Source: a virus (Duplodnaviria > Caudoviricetes). From it: a stretch of DNA of 64,000 bases. Shown here piece after piece: positions 57,379 through 64,000 of this stretch. A program made the translations under genes and the position numbers. The stretch lies in the IMG/VR virus record IMGVR_UViG_3300034069_002177, positions 128,001-192,000 of that record; one strand, written 5' to 3'. Within the stretch, counting starts at the first letter, position 1; every line of letters starts with the position of its first letter. The notes beneath the pieces were generated by a model. It was not told where the DNA came from. It ran no database searches and saw only the letters and a program-made list of their open reading frames with translations.

Positions 57379-59768
57379 CCGAACTTACCCCATCAGAATA
57401 CGCAGAACCCGATTCGGCTGAAAGCGTAGAACCTGAAACTGTCAAGCTCCCCCACGATGGGGTAGAGATTCTTGACGCGGTTCTCGCACATCGAGGATGG
57501 GATAGACGAGCCGGTCAGGTGCAGGTAGTTGATGCCATCAGCGATGCTGTCAATAAAAGCTACCCAGGGTCCGCAGTAGACATCTCGGCTAATGCTCCCG
57601 TTGGAACGGGAAAGTCACTTGCCTACATCATTGCTGGTCTGGCTGCTGGAAAGCGCATGGTCGTTGCTACGAGCACCAAGTCCCTTCAGGACCAACTAAT
57701 CAAGGAAGAGCTTCCAAAGCTCAAGGAAGACCTCATGGCTATCTATGGGTTCGACCTTACCTATGGCATGATGAAAGGTAAGAGCAACTACCCTTGCCTT
57801 TCTTCTACTCGCGCCATGCTCGGTAACGGAGATAAGAACGACTTGGTTCTTTTCGATGAAATCGAAGAGCCTGACAGTCGTGACATCGAGACCTTGAAAG
57901 AAATTCTCACTAGGGCAGAGCATGCGCAGGAGACCCGAGACGTTCTTTCCTTTGACGCCGAAGCACTCATGGGTCGGCTTCGCCCTGATACGCGCAAACA
58001 GATTAGCGGAAGTAAGAACTGCGCCATGCAGCGCGAGAAGTGGATTGATCCGAACAAGATCAAGAACCTCCCGCTTGACATCGAAGAGGGCGCTCGTGTA
58101 CAGGACTTTCCGCAGGACTTTCTTGACGAGGTAGCGCAACTTCCCGCTGAGATCGCTTGCACGAGTCGGTGCATCTACCGTGCAGCCTATGGTCATGCAC
58201 TGGATTCTCAGATTGTTGTGGTTAACACCACATTGCTGGCATATGAACTCATCAAGACGGATGGCTACATGTCTGAAGAGTCGCTCAATCCTTATCTTCT
58301 CAAGGGTATTGATATGCTCGTCGTGGATGAGGCGCACCACCTTTTCCGTATCCTTGCCGAAGCATTCTCTGTTGAACTCAATGTCACGAAGTCGATGGAC
58401 CTCGTTGATGACATTTCTAAGAAACTGAGCAAGCGCTACGGTGACGATCCTATGTTCGACCGATTCCGCAACGACTTCATTGACGCCGAGAACCGTATCA
58501 ACCACGTTATTGACGGTGATGCCGAGACCGAAAATGAGTTCCGAAAGGATCTTGCCGAGGCATTGGTACATGTTGCTGGTCGGTCAGAAAGCTTCGTGGG
58601 AGAACTACAAACTTTCGCTGCCAACTCAGAGCGCCAAAACAAGTCGGGTCTTGCTCTGGACCGCAACGGGGTGCCGAAAGTGGTCGCTTCGATGGGTACC
58701 CAGATTGCTGAGGACATCGTAGCGAACGCTATCAAGCTGTCCGAGCAGTTGGAAATGGTTGACAGCCAGAAGCGTCACCAGTTCTCACTCAACTTCTCTG
58801 ATGCTGGTCAGCCTTTGAACGTGAAGACCGTACCTATCGACGTTTCATTCTTCCGCAAGATGGTTACCCGTTCGTCCCAAATGCAGAACATTTACACCGG
58901 AGATACCGGTCTTCTGTTCCCGGCTACCCTTGTTCTCAGTTCGGGAACGATCTCCAGGGGAACGCCGATTACTGTCGGTATGAAGACGGATAACTATGTC
59001 GATGTCGAGAGCCCTTTTGACGCGAATCGTGTGCGTGTTTATGTCCCTAAGGGTCTTGGCATGCCTAAGGGTAGAGATGATCGTCAATGGGCTTACAACG
59101 CATGGAACCACATCGAGCCGCATATCGTAAAGCTGAATGGTCGTACGCTAATCCTCACCACTAGCCACCAAAAATGTGAAGAGTTCACAACGCTCGCACG
59201 TGAAGCACTACCCGCTCATATAGAAGTTCTTTCGCAGAGCGACCGGTTGGGTAAGGGCGAATTGATTGCCAAGTTCAAGGAAAGCCCCAGCGCTGTTCTG
59301 GTAGGAACTACTTCGTTCTGGGAAGGTGTTGACATTCCTGGCGATGATCTCAATCTTGTAGTCATCGAGAAGCTCCCATTCCCCCAGCCTAATGACCCTA
59401 TTTTCAAGGCTCGCGAAGAGTTTGTGAAGGAGCGGGGCGGTAACCCATTCATGGAAGTCGGCGTAGACTATGCAGCAACCATGCTTGCACAGGGTACTGG
59501 TCGCCTCATTAGAGCCGTCAAAGACATCGGCGGAATCATCATCCTTGATGACCGCGTTCTAACCACTCGTTACGCTGGTGCTGTTGTGAACCTTCTTCCT
59601 AAGGGCTGGAAGGTGACTACCGAGCGCGAAGCATTTGGGAAGTGGATGAGTGCAATCAATCCTGAGACTCGAAAAGAGCCGTTCGTTCCCTCTGCTGCTG
59701 ACCCATCGATTTGGCGCAACATCGGCGGAAATAATCAGGGTAAGCGACGTAGCATCTCGCCACACTAG
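57375..59768 (+). CDS. dinG: DinG/YoaA-family SF2 helicase
   Basis: APVGTGKSLAY, VVDEAH, SSGT, GTTSFWEGVDIPG, KLPF, QGTGRLIR. Confidence 0.9.
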   Translation: MTELTPSEYAEPDSAESVEPETVKLPHDGVEILDAVLAHRGWDRRAGQVQVVDAISDAVNKSYPGSAVDISANAPVGTGKSLAYIIAGLAAGKRMVVATSTKSLQDQLIKEELPKLKEDLMAIYGFDLTYGMMKGKSNYPCLSSTRAMLGNGDKNDLVLFDEIEEPDSRDIETLKEILTRAEHAQETRDVLSFDAEALMGRLRPDTRKQISGSKNCAMQREKWIDPNKIKNLPLDIEEGARVQDFPQDFLDEVAQLPAEIACTSRCIYRAAYGHALDSQIVVVNTTLLAYELIKTDGYMSEESLNPYLLKGIDMLVVDEAHHLFRILAEAFSVELNVTKSMDLVDDISKKLSKRYGDDPMFDRFRNDFIDAENRINHVIDGDAETENEFRKDLAEALVHVAGRSESFVGELQTFAANSERQNKSGLALDRNGVPKVVASMGTQIAEDIVANAIKLSEQLEMVDSQKRHQFSLNFSDAGQPLNVKTVPIDVSFFRKMVTRSSQMQNIYTGDTGLLFPATLVLSSGTISRGTPITVGMKTDNYVDVESPFDANRVRVYVPKGLGMPKGRDDRQWAYNAWNHIEPHIVKLNGRTLILTTSHQKCEEFTTLAREALPAHIEVLSQSDRLGKGELIAKFKESPSAVLVGTTSFWEGVDIPGDDLNLVVIEKLPFPQPNDPIFKAREEFVKERGGNPFMEVGVDYAATMLAQGTGRLIRAVKDIGGIIILDDRVLTTRYAGAVVNLLPKGWKVTTEREAFGKWMSAINPETRKEPFVPSAADPSIWRNIGGNNQGKRRSISPH

Positions 59769-59792
59769 CCTAAACTCACTGTCTTGTCTAAG

Positions 59793-59814
59793 TGTCGGTT
59801 CGTACTGATATGAT
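59793..59814 (+). promoter_or_regulatory. PafBC/RecA-NDp promoter motif TGTCGG-N10-TATGAT
   Basis: Exact match to TGTCGG-N10-TANNNT. Confidence 0.65.
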
Positions 59815-59846
59815 ATGGATTACAAGGCAAATAGTTGGAGGTTGTC

Positions 59847-60980
59847 GTGGGAGTAGGTTCCGCCAAGTGCAAAAAAGATTCGTGTGCTCGTAGCACAACG
59901 GGTCTCTATTGCTGGCAGCACTGGTACCTCAATTACGCAGATACGGAAGAAAGTGCCCGTTCTGGTCGCCTCGAACGTCTCGCTCAGCAGCGGCATGACA
60001 AGGGTTCGCAATCTGATTCAACCGAATTCAAAGAGACTCCTTTTTCTGGTGACACCACTCCAACTCAGATTTGGTCAGACACCAAAAAGGTGTTCATGGA
60101 CATCCAAGATCAAATTGAACCGGAAGGTATCCGCAACCAAGTCAGATCGTACGCCGAGGGTATCGCCACTACGGCTTCGCTTCGTTTTGCAAAGGATGAA
60201 AGACTCGAAGTAGACACTGATTTGCGAGACCGTCACATCGAAGGATTCACTTCTGAAATTGTTGAAGGTCTTGTTCCTACCGGCGAGCTTGTAGCTCAGG
60301 AAGACGCTGAGTTCATTAGCGGCTCGGTTCCGGCTGACGGGCTAGGTGGTTTTGCCGACTACGACGACGCTCGCGCGATCATTTCCTACGGTATTCGTAA
60401 AGAGTGGGAACTAGCTAATGCAGAACGCATCAAAGAATCTGCTGATGAAATTCCCTATGACATTCCTTACGACAAGTTTCTTTCTGTCGTCTACAACAAC
60501 GACATTGCGCCCCACCTCGTCGTAGCGACTCGTCGAGAAGCGAGCGACTTCCATAACAACGTCGTCATCGCTACAGGCAGCAAGGCGGCTAACCCAGCAG
60601 GAGTAAATCCCGTGGGTGCATTGCCGTCCCGTGCTGAGTCTGAACCGCTACACTCAGCCTACTTCGATGAAGCACGTGAATGGGTTGCTCAGAATCAAGC
60701 TGACCGCGATGCGCAAGCCAAGGCGCAAGCGGAAGCAGAAGCTATTGAAGCGGAACGCATCCAAGCACGCCAGGATGCCGTTGCCGGGGTACTCAATGGT
60801 GCGACTAACACAGTCAAGGGCGCGGTCAATCTCATTGGTACCACCACTGATGTCATGAACAAACTTTTCAAGACTCGACCCGAAGACACTCAAGCTCTTA
60901 TCGAACGCAGAAACAAGCAAAATAGAGACATCTTCTTTGATATGGCTACCCGCCGATACCGCGACCGCAGAGGTCTTTGA
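59847..60980 (+). CDS. Hypothetical protein with N-terminal C-C-C-H zinc knuckle and C-terminal coiled coil
   Basis: KCKKDSCARSTTGLYCWQH; RBS GGAGG, GTG 59847. Confidence 0.7.
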   Translation: MGVGSAKCKKDSCARSTTGLYCWQHWYLNYADTEESARSGRLERLAQQRHDKGSQSDSTEFKETPFSGDTTPTQIWSDTKKVFMDIQDQIEPEGIRNQVRSYAEGIATTASLRFAKDERLEVDTDLRDRHIEGFTSEIVEGLVPTGELVAQEDAEFISGSVPADGLGGFADYDDARAIISYGIRKEWELANAERIKESADEIPYDIPYDKFLSVVYNNDIAPHLVVATRREASDFHNNVVIATGSKAANPAGVNPVGALPSRAESEPLHSAYFDEAREWVAQNQADRDAQAKAQAEAEAIEAERIQARQDAVAGVLNGATNTVKGAVNLIGTTTDVMNKLFKTRPEDTQALIERRNKQNRDIFFDMATRRYRDRRGL

Positions 60981-61020
60981 CGCCGATTTCAAAGTCGCTC
61001 AAAATCTTTCTGTTTGCCTC

Positions 61021-61048
61021 TTGCGTCCGGTTCGATTTGTGCTATCGT
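61021..61048 (+). promoter_or_regulatory. sigmaA promoter for ssb, TTGCGT-16-TATCGT
   Basis: Direct reading; extended -10 TGC. Confidence 0.55.
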
Positions 61049-61122
61049 TACCTCACCAATCGGGGCTGACATTCCGCTTGGTGTGACAATTTACCGGATT
61101 TAACGAAAAGAAAAGAGAAGAC

Positions 61123-61764
61123 ATGTCACAGGCAGCATTCCCAGCAGGAACCATCATCGCAGAGGGTACGCTCTACGCAGACCCCAAGAAGATCAACCGC
61201 GACGGCAAGAACGCCACCGTCTCACTGAAGACGAAGCTGAACTACCGTGAGCAGGAAGGCGACGAACTCGACGCCTTCTTCATCGACATTATCGTGACTG
61301 GCAGCACCGCTGAGAACATCTTGGAGTCAGGCTGGAAGAAGTATGACCGTATTTCCTTCGTTGGCGACTTCAAGGGTCACCGTTGGGAGCGTAAGCTCGA
61401 TGATGGTATCAATGAAGAGCAGACCATCACGGTCTTCGCTCGCCAGATCGGTGCATCACCTCGCTTCACCGGAGTTTCGGTAGAGGCTCAGGAGTACAAC
61501 GGTAATGGCGGCGGCGATGACGACTCGCGTTCTAGCGGTGGCAGCAGTAGCAGCCGTCGTTCTACTCGCGGTGGCGATGACGAAGAGGCACCTCGTTCCT
61601 CGCGTCGTTCGTCTCGCGGAGGCGATGACGATGCACCCGCAGAAGAGTCGCGTTCTTCGCGTCGCTCATCTCGCGGTAACAGCGATGACACGGCTGATGA
61701 GCAGCCTAGCGCTCGTCGTTCCTCGCGTCGTGCTCGTGACACCACCTATGGTGATGACGACTAA
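61123..61764 (+). CDS. ssb: Single-stranded DNA-binding protein with RS-repeat tail
   Basis: OB-fold: IIAEGTLYADP, FFIDIIVTGSTAENI, KYDRISFVGDF, ARQIGASPRF; low-complexity tail. Confidence 0.85.
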   Translation: MSQAAFPAGTIIAEGTLYADPKKINRDGKNATVSLKTKLNYREQEGDELDAFFIDIIVTGSTAENILESGWKKYDRISFVGDFKGHRWERKLDDGINEEQTITVFARQIGASPRFTGVSVEAQEYNGNGGGDDDSRSSGGSSSSRRSTRGGDDEEAPRSSRRSSRGGDDDAPAEESRSSRRSSRGNSDDTADEQPSARRSSRRARDTTYGDDD

Positions 61765-61780
61765 GCACACCTGAAAAGCC

Positions 61781-61815
61781 GGAACCCCCTCGTGTTGTAC
61801 TTACGAGGGGGTTCC
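61781..61815 (+). terminator. Hairpin terminator after ssb
   Basis: 13-bp IR GGAACCCCCTCGT/ACGAGGGGGTTCC. Confidence 0.75.
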
Positions 61816-61827
61816 GTCGTTACGCTA

Positions 61828-61856
61828 TTGATTTTTCACCCGAAGCACCCTACAAT
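61828..61856 (+). promoter_or_regulatory. sigmaA promoter TTGATT-17-TACAAT, near-leaderless sbcC transcript
   Basis: ATG lies 9 nt after the -10; no SD. Confidence 0.6.
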
Positions 61857-61865
61857 GGACCAACC

Positions 61866-64000
61866 ATGACGAAATTCCTAACGCTAAAGCTAACCAACTT
61901 CCTTAGCTACAAAACCCTCGATATCAACCTCGACGACATCGCATATGCTTCCGTCGTGGGTGAAAACGGTTCGGGTAAATCCACTATTCCTCAGGGAATC
62001 GCATGGCTTCTCTACGGTGCTAGTAGATTCGGCAACAACAAAGATTCCGTTGTGAACGATTCTGCGAAGACCGCGTCGGGCATTCTTACGCTTCTGGACA
62101 AGGATGGTCAGAAGTGGAAAATCGAACGTAGCTGGACGACCGGAAAAGGCGGCGGTGGCGGACTTGCGTTATTCTACGAGGACACGACAGAAGATGACCC
62201 GTGGCAGCAGTTCGGCGGTAAGCTGAAGGAAAGTGCTCAGACACAAATAAACCTCATTATTGGTCTGACACGCGATGCGTTTTACTCGCTTGTCATCATG
62301 GATCAAAGCAAATATCCCGGTGGCACCGCATTCACCGCGAGTGAGTCCAACAAGCGACGAGAAATTCTCACTGGTCTTGTTCCCGAATTAGCAATTTGGA
62401 AAGACCTCGAAATGGCTACTCGGGCGAATCTACGCGAGGCGAACAAAGACTACGATGCTGATCAAGCGAAAATCGATCAGAACATCGAGCAGGTTAGAAA
62501 GTCACAAGAACGCGAAAGCTCAATCAAAATCATCCTTGAAGAGCTTGACGCTGACTCAATTACCGCCGAGCAAAAAGCGGCTGAGAAGAAAGTCTCAGAA
62601 CTGAATCGGGCTATCGGTGCTGCAAGTGCTGGCGAGGTGGGCGCTATCCAGTCAAAGATTGATTCGGCAGAAGCTCAGCACCGCCTCGCTCTTAATGAGT
62701 TGAACTCCAAGGCTGACAAAATCGATAACCAGCTTGCCGATAGCTCAGACTTCAGCAAGAGAATCAGTGCGCTCAAATCTAAGAAGTCGGCATTCGAGGA
62801 AACTATCGCGGATATCATCGCGGGTGAAGACGACCTCGTATCTTCAATTAACGAGACCAAGAGCATCATCTCTGAAGAGATCGAAGTAGTGGACCGCATT
62901 GCACCTAAAATCGAGTCGGTCAACCGGAGAATCACCGAAGCGCGTAGTAAAAAGCGTGATATTGACGAACAGCTTGATGCGCTCGGTGACGCTCATGGGG
63001 ATGGTGTTTGCTGGGTTTGTGGTACGGAACTTTCGGAAGAGAAGCACGCCAACATCGTTACCAAAGCTGTAAAAGAAAGAGACGAAGCGAACGAAACCAT
63101 TGAAGAACTTTCCGAAGAACTAGATATTCTCAAGCGGAAGCTTAGCGACGCCAACAAGGAAATCCAGTCACAAAACGCGGCGCTCGTCAGGCAGAATAAT
63201 GAGGCGGCGCAGAACGAAAGAGACAAGAAAAACGCGGCTGTTGATATCGAATCAACCGAAGATGAAATCGATGAGCTAACCGCGAAGATCCTATCCGAAG
63301 CGGAAGAAAAGAAGCTTGATGCTGAACTCAAAGCAATCGATAAGGACATCGCCAAGCGTGAAAATGAGTTCGAGAAAGTCACCCTCAAGGTTCTTCGTGA
63401 GCAGTTGAATTCTGTCAAAAACGACAACAACACCGATGAATTGCGCCGTCAACTTGACGCGGTAGAAGATGTCTTGGAAGAGATTCGTTTTCGCAAAACT
63501 AAGCTAGAGCGCAACCTTTCTTCGCTGGAAGAGGCAGAGCGGAACACTGCTGAACTCAACAAGCAGAACAAGCGAATGAACCGCGAAGCGTTAGAGAAAA
63601 AGCAGCATATCGACCGTCTCTCCAAGCTTGTACATGCCACAAGCCCGAAGGGCATTCCGTCGATTCTTCTCGATTCAATTCTGGCTGCAATCGAAGATGA
63701 GCAGAACAGAATTCTTTCGTCGCTTTCTGGAAGCAATCAGATGACTGTCGAGTTCACACAAGAACGTGAAAATAAGGGCGAAGGTAGCAAGGAAGTTCTC
63801 GACATCATTGTTCACACGTCGGACGGAACAAGCAGGCTATACGAATCTTTCTCGTTCGGTGAGAGGGTGCGTCTTTCTATCAGTAACCTGTTCGCCATGA
63901 TCAAGGTTTTCAATGAGCGCAGTGGTGGAGTGGTCAGCACATTGTTCCTTGATGAGCCACTTGGACCGTTGGACAAGAACAAGATTCCTGCGTTCATCGA
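61866..64000 (+). CDS. sbcC: SbcC/Rad50 SMC-like ATPase (runs off window end; absent from ORF track)
   Basis: Translated by hand: LTNFLSY, GENGSGKST, coiled coil, zinc hook CWVC, FSFGE, LFLDEPLGPLD. Confidence 0.9.
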   Translation, partial: MTKFLTLKLTNFLSYKTLDINLDDIAYASVVGENGSGKSTIPQGIAWLLYGASRFGNNKDSVVNDSAKTASGILTLLDKDGQKWKIERSWTTGKGGGGGLALFYEDTTEDDPWQQFGGKLKESAQTQINLIIGLTRDAFYSLVIMDQSKYPGGTAFTASESNKRREILTGLVPELAIWKDLEMATRANLREANKDYDADQAKIDQNIEQVRKSQERESSIKIILEELDADSITAEQKAAEKKVSELNRAIGAASAGEVGAIQSKIDSAEAQHRLALNELNSKADKIDNQLADSSDFSKRISALKSKKSAFEETIADIIAGEDDLVSSINETKSIISEEIEVVDRIAPKIESVNRRITEARSKKRDIDEQLDALGDAHGDGVCWVCGTELSEEKHANIVTKAVKERDEANETIEELSEELDILKRKLSDANKEIQSQNAALVRQNNEAAQNERDKKNAAVDIESTEDEIDELTAKILSEAEEKKLDAELKAIDKDIAKRENEFEKVTLKVLREQLNSVKNDNNTDELRRQLDAVEDVLEEIRFRKTKLERNLSSLEEAERNTAELNKQNKRMNREALEKKQHIDRLSKLVHATSPKGIPSILLDSILAAIEDEQNRILSSLSGSNQMTVEFTQERENKGEGSKEVLDIIVHTSDGTSRLYESFSFGERVRLSISNLFAMIKVFNERSGGVVSTLFLDEPLGPLDKNKIPAFI

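Noticed and set aside
57375-59768. DinG as a sign of a type IV CRISPR-Cas system
   Set aside because: No cas/csf genes or repeat-spacer array seen in the window

Overview
A 64-kb gene-dense segment, mostly + strand, of a very large actinobacterial mobile replicon: a conjugative megaplasmid/ICE or a jumbo-phage-like element. No virion genes, tRNA, rRNA or CRISPR array are visible here. The actinobacterial assignment rests on a WhiB-like gene, actinobacterial-type class Ib nrdIEF and PafBC-type promoter motifs. The window carries its own DNA metabolism and replisome (nrdIEF, tandem-domain dATP/dGTP diphosphohydrolase, LigA, DnaX, DnaE, DnaB, DnaC-like loader, SSB, SbcC/SbcD, DinG, SNF2). These genes are interleaved with a Gram-positive type IV conjugation module (TcpC/VirB8-like, VirB4, CpaE/MinD-like ATPase, pilin-like, VirB3-like, VirB6-like, VirD4-like, Replic_Relax/MOBC-like), an FtsK-like translocase and two vWA-metallopeptidase/MoxR pairs. 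Most striking observations, all read by eye: (1) there are two promoter classes, and five scattered accessory genes with short N-terminal tag motifs (three share a C-C-C-H zinc knuckle), plus nrdIEF, sit behind TGTCRG-N10-(T)ANNNT promoters matching the ssDNA-activated PafBC/RecA-NDp motif; (2) dnaX and sbcD have sigmaA promoters inside hairpins that would hide the RBS only on read-through transcripts; (3) a gene duplicated from the FtsK middle domain is translationally coupled to the FtsK gene. No database searches or statistics were run; family names come from motif recognition.
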